Of a stretch of DNA of 64,000 nucleotides, positions 1 through 12,997 are shown one piece after another (within the stretch, counting starts at the first letter, position 1; each line of letters starts with the position of its first letter). The translations under genes and the position numbers were made by a program. The notes under the pieces are model-generated. The model was given only the letters and a program-made list of their open reading frames with translations. It was not told where the DNA came from and ran no database searches. Source of the stretch: the human T2T-CHM13v2.0 reference genome, Homo sapiens; assembly GCF_009914755.1 (NCBI RefSeq), contig NC_060944.1. The stretch is one strand, 5' to 3'.

Positions 1-644
1 TTTCAAAAAGAAGTGAAGTTTCCAGGCAAGGCACTGACAAGTAAGTTTAATGGAATTTATTGCAGACTTATTCCTGATCTATCCCAAGAGTCCCTTGATT
101 TATTTAGTTTATCCTATAACATAAGAACATGGGCTACATGGATGAGGAATGCAGTCTTAAGGCCAGGGTTGTGGTTTTCTGTATCCTTCTGTATCTTTGG
201 ATGGTTACAATTCCCTCTCTTAGCATATTTTCATATGGTTAAGTCTTAGCGTGATTCCATTGCCAATGAGTCTTTGCCTAGGTGCTTGGACCACCTTTGA
301 TGCCATCTTGTGGTCCTACATATAATTCTAGTCTCCATAGTGAATGAATGGTGACCTCCCCCACCACCTCCCAGCTCAGCCTAAGAGGTAATGGAATGAT
401 CTTCTATTGACTAGGCACCAGCAAGGAAGAAAGAAGACCCAAACAGGTGCAGGTCCTTTGAGCGAGGGTCAGGTGTGAAGGATGCAGCTGCATTCCTCAA
501 AGGCAAGTTCTTCACAGAAGCTTATCTGGAATGTCCCAATTCTCAATTTAATAGTAAAAGTCATAAACCCTATTATTATTATCATCTAGTGCTTGTAGAG
601 GGCCTTCCCTGTTGCCATTCTCTTGTCTTAGAGTAGTCTACAAG

Positions 645-1200
645 GTCCAGCTTAGACTCGACTTCTTGCAGAAAGCCTCCACAATCTCTCACATCTGAAA
701 TAAAAATGGTCCCTCTCTGATCATTTGCTACAACCTAATGTTTCTTCACAATACTTCTTACTGCCTGAACATATCATGCACATTTTTGTTTACTTATTGT
801 ATTAGTCTGTTTTCACGCTGCTGATAAAGACAAACCCAAGACTGGGTAATTTATAAAGAAAAAGAGGTTTAATGGACTCATAGTTCCACTTGGCCAGGGA
901 GGCCTCACAATCATGGCGGAAGGCGAAAGGCATGTCTTACATGGCAGCCGGCAAGAAAGAATGAGAGCCAAGTGAAAGAGGAAACCCCTTATAAAAACAT
1001 CTGATCTTGTGAGACCTATTCACTACTACGACAAGAGTATGGGGGAAACTGCCCCCATGATTCAATTGTCTCTGACAAAGTCCCTCCCACAACACATGGG
1101 AATTATGGGAGCTACAATTCAAGAGGAGATTTGGGTGGGGACACAGCCAAACCATATCACTTATTTATTGTTATTACTTCTCCTCTACACACTAACCTGG
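645..1200 (+). mobile_element. L2 LINE 3' relic, interrupted by a THE1 LTR
   Basis: Degenerate L2 3' motifs (...cagaaagcctcc..., tttgtttacttat|ttattgttattacttctcc...cacta) continue on both sides of the LTR. Confidence 0.55.
798..1159 (-). mobile_element. THE1 (THE1B-like) MaLR solo LTR
   Basis: Runs tgtattagtc...cagccaaaccatatca, the reverse complement of the THE1 LTR. Exact 5-bp TSD CTTAT at 793-797 and 1160-1164. Confidence 0.95.
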
Positions 1201-1384
1201 TCCTATCATGATAATGGGGATCTGTCTGCAGCAGCAGTGAAGGGGGAATGGAAGGAATCCACTTTTTGCCAAGTGAATAAGCAAGTACTCAGTGCCAGGG
1301 GCTGGGCTGAGGCCACTGCTGAATACTGGCTGTTGGTGGTGATTCAGTGGCTAAGATTTGACCCCAAACCACCACTGGATGCAT

Positions 1385-1505
1385 GTTATCATTAATCCTG
1401 GAGACTCACTGAGATTAGTTAACTTGCTTGAGATCCCACAGAGAGTAAAAGATGGAGCCTTGATTTGCACTCGTGGACTCTGATTCTGTGCCTGCTTTCT
1501 TAACC
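1385..1505 (-). mobile_element. MIR fragment
   Basis: gagattagttaacttgcttgagatcccacag resembles the antisense MIR core. Confidence 0.6.
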
Positions 1506-3667
1506 TATTTGCAAACGGCCTCAACCTCACTTTGCCCCTTCATTTCTAACAAGGGAAGTTCCTTTGCCTTCCCGTTTTCCAGGTCATTGCCCAGGTCCTA
1601 ACCCACCTGTCTGGTTTTGCAAAAGTCTAAACCCCTCGTTGGCTGTGGCTTTCTTTCCCCCATTAATATTCAGAGCTCAAGTTGCATCAAATGGTTAAAA
1701 AATAAAGTGCATATTATTAAACTTTTCAATAATGGAGTCACTTTAATGTTGGGAAATTCTACCACAGGATAATGCTTTTTGGCAAGCTCCTGTTTTAGCA
1801 GGAAGCCTGCAGTGAAGGTATGCAGAGAGAGAGAGTGAGGGGGCATCTGTTTGCTGTCAGTTTCTCTGACAGCTCTGTTTGTGTCAACGTTCCCAAGGAT
1901 GGTAACTATGATTTCACAAAAGGGTCAAAGCCCATCAAACCTTTTTGCCTGCTGTGGTCCCACCCCCAACCCTTCTCTCCTGCCTCTTTGTCCCTTCTAA
2001 ATTAAATCACATTCCACTGCCTTTTATTGAACAACCTCTGGACAAAATACTCTTCCACACACTCCTCGCTTAAGGCAAAGTAATTGGAACAGAAAGTGCT
2101 ACTGGCCAAGAGCCACCAACTAATTGCTTTATGCCCACCTCCCCTCGCCAGAGGCACACCCAGCATTGACAAATCCATGGCTGTTTCCCAGTTTTTTGAG
2201 GTTTCTGAAACAATTGGTCCAATCTTAATAGTGGGGCAGGTGGGGGAGAGATGCAAAGCAGGGGTAGGGGTGGGAGAAAATGAATTCTCTGTAGTCATTA
2301 GTACCTTTTACCTGGTCTGTTTAATCTCCTATTATTTTGATCATGGATATCTGGTTTTTTAATTTCCTGTAATCCAGCAAGGAATGCCGTTCTAAGGACA
2401 TCTGTGGTCTCTGCTTTTTCATGTTCCAAAAATCCTAAAAGAGATGTTTTGTCAATGACTGGATATTTCATTAGAAATCCAAAGATTCCCATTAACTTGA
2501 ATTATTTTCATAGCTCTGATCAACTTTTAGGTTAATAATACATGATATTTAATAACCTGTTCAGATCGTCACCAAAATTATTGATTTAATAATATTTGGT
2601 CATTAATAATGAAAAAGGAGGGGGGAGTGATAGTTCCTATCACTTACGTCAATTTATTCCTTATTGCGTTGCAAATCTCAGGGAAAACCAATCATTGTAG
2701 CAACTTTTAATATCCCACCGTCGTTCTTGGTAGAAGCCAGGAAAATGTTCTGCATTTTAAAATGTCTGTATTCTTAAGTTTAAAGAATAAATACAATGAA
2801 GGCATCTGTTTAATCCAACCATTCTTGATTTCAGAACTTTCCGACAGTTTGTAGAAACCACAGCCCCCACTCCTCCTGGGTTCTCTAGCACATCTCAATT
2901 GGCTTTCTTCCTCTTTTTTATTATATTCTATTGAGTCACATTGTAATCACCTTTTGTGGTTCTTTGCTAATATACTTTGAAATTTGAAACAAGAATTGAG
3001 CTGAAAAGTTCATCATCAATTTATTTTGGCAACATGAAGGTTCAAATAGTTTTCCTGTAGAGGTCGTATTGGTGATGGGGTTAAAGTGAGCATTTCATCT
3101 TATATGAAAAAAAGTAGAAGTCACATGTATGAACCAGATGTGTAAATATTGATTACTATTTTGAAGTTATCACATTTTATTTCCAACTTTAAAATCACTT
3201 TTTTGGGGAGCGTCTTTTGAAATTTGTCCTCATTGTTGGAATATCCCTATGAGGACTTTTTTTTAATTTGGTAACAATAAATAAGTCTCTTGGCTGACTT
3301 CCAAGAAGAACCTACATTATTTCAAATTCTATTCAATACTTAATGGTGTTATGGCAAATTTCCAGCACCTAACTTTCCAGGCAATGAGAAATTTCCCTCT
3401 AGAATTGTATTTTGATGGAAACTGATTTCCTGTATTGGATAAATAATGGACAATATGTACGCAACTTTAGCTCAAGAAACATCATCAGATTTCCCCCAAC
3501 CTGAGGCCTTCTCTGCACATGCCAGAACATCTGCAGGAAAAAAGTGCCTGGGGCAGGTACAGGGTCACTGTGTCTACACAGTGCTAGAGCATCTGTATAT
3601 TTGAAAACATTCAGACAATTAACTCTATTTTTCACTTTTTGTCACATAGACCCAGTTTGAGTTTAAC

Positions 3668-3798
3668 GAAAAAAAAAGAAAAGAAAGAAAGGAAAGGGAA
3701 AGAAAAGGAGAGGAGGTGGGGGAAGAGAGGAGAGGGGAGGGAAGAAGAGGGGAGAGGAGGGGAGAGGAAGGAAGAAGAGGGGAGGGGAGGAAAAAGGA
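3668..3798 (+). repeat. GA-rich polypurine low-complexity tract
   Basis: About 130 nt of almost pure A/G (aagaaag, ggagaggagg). Confidence 0.95.
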
Positions 3799-4070
3799 AT
3801 ACTCTTAATAAGACCGTAAAGAGTGAAGGGTGCAATTTACGGAGAGTAGAAACAACCTTTGCAAAACTCAAACGGTGTCCATAACATCTCAGCTGAAAAT
3901 ATGTTTTGGGTTCTACAATAGTGATTCTAAATCCTGCTATAACACAAATACTTCATAATCAACCTCCCCCCATCTTGTTTAATATTTAATATGTAAAAAA
4001 GTTATTATGGTAGAACGGAAGAATATGACTTGGATTTTGAGTTGAGCAGCTCATGTAGTTTAGGAGAGGG

Positions 4071-4408
4071 CATTGTTTTTCAAATTGTGGATCAAGGCCC
4101 ATTAGTACAATGAATTTTGTGGATTATGACCAGCATCTTTCTTTTTTTTTTTTATTATACTTTAAGTTTTAGGGTACATGTGCCCATTGTGCAGGTTAGT
4201 TACATATGTATACATGTGCCATGCTGGTGCGCTGCACCCACTAGGATAGATTAGAATACATTTGAGTACCTTGCATGTAGCAAGGGAAGTAAAATTGTTT
4301 AATTGACTGTTTCTTTATAACATATGAGCGCACGTGTACTGGGTCACAATATCAAATGTGTTTTTTACTATAGGTCAATTACAAAGAAAAAAAGTTCTAA
4401 AGCCCTGG
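4071..4408. mobile_element. hAT-Charlie-like MITE, split by an L1 fragment
   Basis: Charlie-like degenerate termini (cattgtttttcaaattgtgg ... ttctaaagccctg) and an internal ccattagt...gaccagcat motif. Confidence 0.55.
4142..4243 (-). mobile_element. Young L1 (L1PA2/PA3-like) extreme 3' end, about 100 bp
   Basis: T-tract followed by attatactttaagttttagggtacatgtgc...gtgcgctgcacccacta, near-identical to the antisense young L1PA 3' end. It has ctttaag rather than the L1HS-type ctctaag. Confidence 0.93.
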
Positions 4409-6536
4409 TGTAGAAGGAACAGTTTCTCATATTCAGGGGTAGAAAGAAGTAACATAAAAGCTAATATGCAAGAATTATACCTCCCAAGTATATTGAAAAA
4501 ACATAATCTTTTGTTGGTTTCATTTTCCTGTATCCGAGCAAAAATGGGTATCTTTTGGTTCTACTTCTCTCTTTATTTCTCAAATGCTCAGCAGACAGCA
4601 AAGTCCCCAGGGGTTTCTTAGACAAACAACCTCTGATGGTATGTTTAAAGGAGAGTCTAATTTCACAAAATTAAAATAAGCCAACTACCTAATACATATG
4701 TGTGCATTGATTGCTTTTATTTAGGAAAGACAAAATGTCATTCCAAAACTAGAAGAAATTGTTTGGGGGGAAATATTTTGTCTAATTTGTAGGGAAAGCA
4801 GAGAGAGTGCTTCAGCTTGGTTTTGAAACAGGAATGGAAGTATAGAATAACTTCAGTTACCAACATTTTTAATAACAGAGAAAAATCATCTCACTTCTCC
4901 ATTCTGCCACTATAATTTCAGGCCCACAGGTAGGTTGACCTGACATCTGGGAAGTGTGACTTGCCCCTCACCATTTCAGTTACAGGGCATATTTGCTGTT
5001 TATACGAAGCTGGTGGCTCTCAGTATCATGGCCTTTCAGGTGCAGATTTTGATGCTCCATGATGAATCTGGCTCTTGCCACACCTGGATTTTAATATTCA
5101 TTGTTAACTTGAGGAGCTGCCGCAGGTGGGACAAGATTTCATTATGAGCTCTTTGAACTTATACCAGTTATAGAAGTGGAGAAATAGATTTCACCCAAGA
5201 ACATTTTTAATGTTATGTCAGAGCCCAATTGATCTGATGGACTTTTAATGACTTCAGTGATAATAAGAGAGATCATGACTTAGACCCGCTTCAGCCAGTG
5301 TGGAAAGGTTGCTGGCAATTTGCATGGTCTGATGAGATCTGAAGTGGGAGGAAATGGACATCTGAGTTCTAAGACATCGCGCTCTGCAGAGGTGCCATGA
5401 TCTGCTGGCTGCTGGGGACATTGACCACTGGGCACGCGTGCTGTGAATTCTGCATGCCTCAAGTCACCTGAATACATCAGCAAAAGTCATAACCTATCAA
5501 GAAAGCAGGCAGACTGGGGGGTGGGGGGAAGGTGGGAGGGTTGGACTCACCCACAGACACCGGAAGACCTGAAAGAATGCTGAATAAAGGAGGAGTGGCG
5601 AAAGAGAGGAAGAAAGTTTCCCCACTGTTAGAGGCCATTTAGGCTGCTTAAGAGCACTAGGAGCAATCCAGAGAAAGTACTTTTCACTTGCATTTTAAGC
5701 AAATAGGAGGTTTAGCAGGATATTATCACCTGGAGAGCACAGTAATGGGTAATTGAGTAGGGAAAGGGACTGTGCATTTCTGATTAATATTTACCAAAGT
5801 CTTTGTGTGTTTTTTCCTTAAATGTTAATGATGTGACAGATCCGACTGAAGAAAAAGGACACTGTGGTTGGGAATATGGTACTGTGCCCATCAAATTCTG
5901 CCTCCTCTATGCTTGGCTTATGATGAATACCATTCTTTAATAGCAAACTGGTGTTCGTGAAGAACTTATTACGGAGGCTAAGAGAAAACCAAGAATGAAG
6001 GAATGCCCGCCTGGCAGTGATCAATCACCCCCTCTTAAAGATGAACCGATCCTTCTGTTTTAAAGTAACAGTTCTTACGAAGGTCTCAAACATAAATATG
6101 CAAGGCATCGAAGCAATTACCGTTGCCCCATCCTATTCATGTTTCTGTGCATGTTTGAGGAGAAGGTGAAGATGGCGCCCACCTTTCCCGGGAGAGTTTT
6201 CTTCTAGGAGAAAGGAGCTGAGGCTCTTCTCCAGATAAGGCTTCCTATTAAATGGAGGTTAATTATTAGTACCAGCAGCATAATAATATCCTAATGCCAA
6301 AGGACGAAGTCACATTTGGTTAGAGATTTCTGCATTCCTAGATGCAGTAGTCAAAAGAGAGTCACTCCCAAGAGAGCTAGCTAAGGAAGCCATGCTTGAG
6401 AACTAAGGAACACGAGAGTCTGTCTTCAGAGCCAAGATGCCCCAGACCCGGAACTCATTTCGTGGCCACGTGAAATTTGCAATGCCTTTTTCAGTTTACC
6501 CCTGACTTTATCATTTCTTGCTCAAAAATCTTTAAA

Positions 6537-6760
6537 GCAAGATTTCTCCACTTCCTTTACCTTGGCACTGCTGACATTAGGAGCTAGATGATTCTTCTGA
6601 GAGGGGCTGTCCTGTGATTGTAGAATGTTTAGCGGCATCCCAGGCCTCTCCCCAGTGGATGCTGGTAGCAGCCCCTTTAATAGTGGTGATAATTAAACTG
6701 CTTTCAGATATTGCCAAATGTCTCTTGAGCGGTAAAATCTCCCCCTGTTGACAACAATGA
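6537..6760. mobile_element. MER20 (hAT-Charlie)
   Basis: ggcactgctgacatt...ggggctgtcctgtgattgtagaatgtttagcggcatcc...cagatattgccaaatgtc. Confidence 0.88.
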
Positions 6761-6895
6761 CTTTAAAGATAACTTGGCGCCTTCAGAAAAGTTTAATCTT
6801 TTCTGAATGCCCAAAGGCCTTGATCTCATCTCCTTTAACCTCCACTTATCATTCACTGATACCAATCCCATAGAGTTCTCTCTCTTTTTTTAAGT

Positions 6896-7219
6896 TATAT
6901 TTTATTTTATTTTTATTTTTATTTATTAATTTTTTGAAACAGGGACTTACAGGGTGGCCCAGGCTGGAGTGCAGTGGTGCAATCACACCCCACTATAGCT
7001 TCAACCTCCTGGGCTCAAGCCATTCTCCCACCTCAGCCTCCTGAGTAGCTGGGACTGCAGGCACACCCCACCATGCTCAGCTAATTTTTATATTTTTTGT
7101 AGAGCTAGGGTTTTGCCATGTTGCACGGGCTGGTCTCGAACGATCCTGGGCTCAAACAATCTGCCCACCTCAGCATCCCAAAGTGCTGGCATTCCAGGCA
7201 TGAGCCACCGCACCCAGCC
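6896..7219 (-). mobile_element. AluJ
   Basis: Full dimer, antisense, with J-type ctcctgggctcaagc in both arms. Confidence 0.93.
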
Positions 7220-7632
7220 TTATTTTATTTTTAATTGGCAAATAATAATTGTACATATTTATGGGGTACGATGTGACGCTTTGATACATGTATACATTGT
7301 GGAATTATCAAATACAAGTGTTTAGCATATCCATCATCTCAAATCTTTAATATTGTGGGAGGAGAACCTTTCAAATCTTCTATTGGCTATTCTGAAATAT
7401 AAAACATATTATTATTAATTGCAGTCATCTTCCTGTGCAATAGAACACCAGAACTTTTTTCTCCTATCTAACTGTAATTTTGTACCCATTGACTGAGGTC
7501 TCCCTGATCCTCCCACGCTCCAGCCTCTTATAACCACCTTTTTACTCGCTTTTACTTTTTTTAGATTTCACATATAAGTGAGGTCATACTGTATTTGTCT
7601 CTCTGAGCCTGGCTTATGTCACTTACCATAAA
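7220..7632 (-). mobile_element. L1MA-type LINE 3' end
   Basis: taattgtacatatttatggggtac...tttagatttcacatataagtgaggtcat...gcctggcttat. Confidence 0.88.
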
Positions 7633-7645
7633 TTATTTCCTCTAG

Positions 7646-8341
<696 letters not shown>

Positions 8342-8504
8342 TAGGCCCAGTTCACTGTAGGGTCCTGGTGCCCAGAACAGGCCCTAGAATATGGACATGC
8401 AGATGACTTGACCTTCTCCCACAGCCCTGCATCTGCCAAAATTCCCTCTCCCTTCAAGCCATAGCCCAGTGGGTTCTTTGGCAGAAGGCTTCAAGTCTAT
8501 CATC

Positions 8505-8690
8505 ATGGTTGAGAACATAAACTCTGGAGCTATCCTGAGCTTAATTTCTCCTCCTCAACCTGCCAGCCATGTGATTGGCAAGTTACTGCAACTTCTCTGT
8601 GCCTCAGTTTCCTCATCTATAAAACAGATATCATAGTGGAGTCCATGAGGGCCTCAGAGGGCTAGTGTGAGAATTTGTGAAAAAAGCATC
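8505..8690 (+). mobile_element. MIR
   Basis: ggcaagttact...ctctgtgcctcagtttcctcatctataaaa core. Confidence 0.85.
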
Positions 8691-9314
8691 TGTCACGTAA
8701 CAAAAGCAGCACCACCTCGCCTCTGTTTGCCATAAGCAGCACCTCCTAACCTGAAGCCTTCTCTATGGGAGAGGTTTGAACATCCATCTCAGTTTTCTTG
8801 TAGCATATTTTCATTGACTACATTTTCTGAGCCAAAATCAGGACATGGTGTGTAATAGCATCTAGGACAAGGGTCCAGAGGTCTGAAATATGAGCAGCCT
8901 GAAAACCTGTGGAGAGTAGTTGTCATAATTATAGTTCATTCCCATGTGTGTGCATACACGTGGGTGCCGCACGTATCTTCCCAACAGGTCATGGGTGGGA
9001 GACCGTATCTTCATGTCTGTTCCATGTGCAGAAGTATTAATAGAGTAGGGAGAGTGTAGGGGGCCCCTGTGGAATATTTGTTGATTTGAATTCTTCTAAT
9101 TTAATGAAAGGAGAGCCTCTTTCAGAAACTCCTCTTTCTTTCTGGCTCCCCAAGTCCTTCAGTTAAGAAAGAGATGATCTTTTGCACCCTCTAATTTCTT
9201 AAAGGCAGGTCCTGCACTTCTTACCAGAACAATTCAGGGTAAGATTTGTTATTTGTCAGAACTTGTGGAACAATGTTTTGTTTTGTTTTTAATTTTTCTA
9301 AACATAATCTCTCT

Positions 9315-9465
9315 TCCCCATGGGGAGCTTGATTAAAATGTAGATTTCTAGGCTTCAGTTTAGACTTACCAAATTAGAAATTCTGGTGATGAGACCTGAG
9401 AATCTGAATTTTTAAATGCATCCCAACCACTCATGTTTACTCTTACTCCTGTTGAGAACCACAAC
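9315..9465. mobile_element. MER5A-like MITE
   Basis: ggagcttgattaaaatgtagatt...gaatctgaatttttaa...ttgagaaccac. Confidence 0.7.
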
Positions 9466-10437
9466 TTTAGGATAAAGCAGCAAAAAGTAGAGAGGCTCTT
9501 TGGCATTACACATACACAGAGCCAGAGAGAGTCTGAGCTTGAAAATGCTGCCATTTTTATGAGGGGAGTAAGACAGAATTATTTTCCTCTGTGCTTTCTG
9601 TCATGTTCTGGATAATGTAAGTTATGCACATGGAGGCATTTTCTTTTTTAAATGAAAGGCTTGTATTCCACATTCCACAACTCTTAAAAACAAGCCGCCC
9701 TGAGGAGGAGGACTAGGTTTTTACAATTATAGCTGGAAGACGGTACGTGTTACCCTCAACACAAAGGGCAGCACAGGTAGTCGACAAGTTCTGAGAATTC
9801 TTTCTGAATATCATGAGTGCAGACTGTGACTTCAGAGCATCCCTTTTGGGAAGTCTCCATTAGCAGGTGTACCAAAAAGGGTTCCATATGGCTCCAATAT
9901 CCAGTAGGATTGGATGCATATTTGAGCACAACCCAAAGAGATGAAATAATCCATCCTTGGTTTATTTCTAGATGATTAATCTCTCCTCAATATCCAAGAC
10001 CTGTTTTATGATTAATTTGAGTTTTCCCACAACCAAGAATCTGTATCACATCCTCAAGAGTAACAGAGCCCCACATCCAATGTGATTTATTTAAGAAACA
10101 AAAGCAAACAGGCTGCTGAGTCTCTACCTTCAGTGTCCCTGGTTCGCCAACAATTTCATACCATTAATTTCTTTTTCTTCCTTCCCTGCAGTTTCTGAAG
10201 AATACACAACTCTCCCTTCTGCCCCTCCACCCTCTACCCTCCAAGAACTCAGGACAGTTCTTGGGATTTTTTCATTATCTCTTTTCAGCTGGAGGTATTC
10301 CAAATGGACCTCTTGAATTCCCACCCTCTCATCTCCTGACTTCTCCTCTCCTGACTTCTCCTCTCTCCATACAAACATTCTCAAATCTCTCTTTTCAACA
10401 AATAGACAAATAACTGAAATACAAAAATACACTTCCG

Positions 10438-10575
10438 TACTTCAGTTTTCTCATTTTAAAATGAGCTTAAATATAGTATCTACTTTATAGGGTTTTGCAA
10501 GGATTAAATGAGTTAGAGCTAAAGCTCTTAGAAGATTATTGGCCCACAGGAAGTGCTCATCTACTCTCAGGTAAT
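10438..10575 (+). mobile_element. MIR within L2-like sequence
   Basis: cttcagttttctcattttaaaatgag...ggattaaatgagtt...gctcttaga. Confidence 0.75.
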
Positions 10576-12607
10576 AATTTCATGGGAGGGTGTGTCTGTC
10601 TCAATCACCTATCATCTGTCTGTCGGTCTCTCCGCCTGTCTCTAGACCTATGCTTCTTTCTCAATCCACCCTATCTCTCTCTTATCTTTCATTACCAACC
10701 TCTTTGGAAGAGTCCTTCTCATTTTCTCCCTGGAGCTCCTCCTCTCCCACTCACTCCCATCTCTTTCAATTTGCTTTGGCCAACCCTAGCTGGACCTGAA
10801 GACGTAGTTGCATGGCCCATCCTGTGATTTCTCTTTTGAGCTCATCCCTCCAGAAAGTACTGCAATATTGTGCACAGAATTTTAATTCTCCCTTTGTTTT
10901 ATTTGCAGTGTTGCAATGGAGTTTCATCGATATTTCCCTTTCTAAAAGAATCATTCTTTGGTTGTGGATGTAGTTGCGGCTGCTGTTGTTTTCCTGGTTA
11001 TGATAGAAACAGAAGCTTGTAGTCCTAGATAATCTCTCCTGACCTACTTTGTAAGAATTGGAGTGCTGCTCCTTCCCAAGCTCTGTGATGATGCTTTTGC
11101 TCTGTTCTTCCTCCAATGACCCAGTAAATGTCATGGCTCCCTAGGACTCTGTCCTGGGTTCTCAGCTCAGCTCAGCTCAGCTCATCTCCTCTTTACACTC
11201 AGAGATCTCAAAATAGCAACCTTCAAGAAGGCCTGGTCCACAGAAATGTTCTGTTGGAGCTTCACAATACTTTAAAAAAATTAGTTTCTACATTTCCATT
11301 TTTTCACCTAACAATTCCTATTTCTGGCTTCTTTTGAAAAATCAGGGCGTTTCAGCATGCCAGGCTTGTGTTTCTGTGTGATCATGGCCAGCTGGAGCTA
11401 TGAGTAGAGCAGTCTTAATCAGGGCATTTCCAAATTCTTACAACCATCTTCACTTAATTCTGTTCACTGCCCCGCCCCTCTAGGCAGCTTAAGTTGTCAT
11501 TCCTATTGTGCTAGCCCTAGGTAAGTTATGGCTCCGCAAAACAAGGACAGCCAAATTTTTATTTTTCAGCCCACCGTGACCCTCATGCCCACAGCCAAAT
11601 TCCCATACATGTTCCAATAAATCCCAGACTTTCTCCGGCCCTCTCTTGCTGCTCACACTTGCTGCAGCCCTTCTTCTCTATCCCTTTAGCATAACCTTCA
11701 GAACTCAACATTCCATCTGAGAGAGTGTTCAGATCTGGAATTCTAAAAGGAAAAAAATAAATTATGTTATGCATTACTACTTGGAGGCATGCTAGTTGGG
11801 CACCACTACTCTATAAGAAGACTCTAGTTACATAATAAAAAAAAATGTTAAGAAGATACGTGATCAACAAGGAAGGCAGGCCAACGTCTGTTGGAGCAGT
11901 TGGGATATGAGATAAAGAGTACTGGAAATATGGTGGTAAGGGGTGGAAATTCAGACCATAGTGAATCCAACAGCCATGGCAGAGAAAAGTTGGGAGGCAG
12001 ATAACATTAAAATAAAATAAAATAAAATAAAGCAGATGCAAAACCTAAAATAAAGCTACAGAAAGAGCTTGTGGGTTGGCGGTGCCACCGAGATATAGAT
12101 GGAGGCAGAGACTTGGGGAACTGTTGATGGTTCTGGAAGATGCAGCTGAGTCCCATTTTGGGCATACTGAGTCAGATGCCAGCAGACATCTAAAGAGAAA
12201 GGTTCTGTACAGTTGAAGGCAAGAGATGACATGTAGAATAGAAGGGTGGATCTAAATGGCAGTTTCAGAAGTCACCTATCTATCTGTGGTTTTCAAAAAG
12301 TTCTCTGTGAAAAGGAGAACACAGGGAAAGAGGAAGAAAAATGAGGAGCCCAGGCAGGAGATAAAGATTCAAGAAGTGCAAGGTCAATCAGAGAAGTTCA
12401 GAAATCAAAATGATAATTTGATATAAAAGGAAATTGTCCAAGAGGGTCAACTGAGCAAGGAAGAATATCTGCATAATATATCTACATGAGGCTCTCAGAC
12501 GTGGCCAGGAGAAGATTATTTATTCAGTCAATGAATATACACTAAACATCTATTATTTGCCAGAAAGCATGCCAAGAAGAACAATTCATCACTGAGATTA
12601 TATCCAT

Positions 12608-12930
12608 CAGTGTAGACTAGGTTTTGCTACACTAAACTCCCAAATCTTTACGGCATAAAATAACAAAAGTTTATTTCTTGGTCATGAAAGGGGCTCTGAT
12701 CCCTGTCATTCTCATTCTGGGCCCAGACTGATAAAGCAGCCACCCTTTGAAACATGGTGCTTACCATGACAGAGAGAAAGAAGATATGAATCAGCTCTTA
12801 AATCTCCTCCCAGAATGGAAAAGCAAGTCAGGTGGCCCACGTAACTTCGAGAGGACATCAAAGTGTAATTCCAGCACATCTGCAGAGAAGAGACCTGGAA
12901 CATTGGTGCAAAGCCTCAGTGACTCCACCA
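12608..12930 (-). mobile_element. Old MLT1 (J/K/L-like) LTR
   Basis: ctaggttttgct...cccaaatct...aacaaaagtttatttctt...gggcccagactgataaagcagccacc. Confidence 0.7.
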
Positions 12931-12997
12931 GGGTTGATTCCAAGAGGGAGTGGAAGACATTCACAGCCCTAAATATTTTCATGTTATTTCTCTAACC

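Noticed and set aside
1009-1395. 128-aa ORF and similar ORFs at 16544-16862, 20352 and 62828
   Set aside because: They are translations of THE1/MST LTR sequence with no protein-family resemblance.
3632-3884. K/R/E/G-rich and S/P/F-rich ORFs (also 28270, 51860, 36098-36437)
   Set aside because: They are artefacts of polypurine tracts and CA microsatellites.
10333-11184. Short tandem duplications (ctcctgacttctcct x2 at about 10333; (ctcag)n at about 11161)
   Set aside because: These are local slippage events within L2-like relics.
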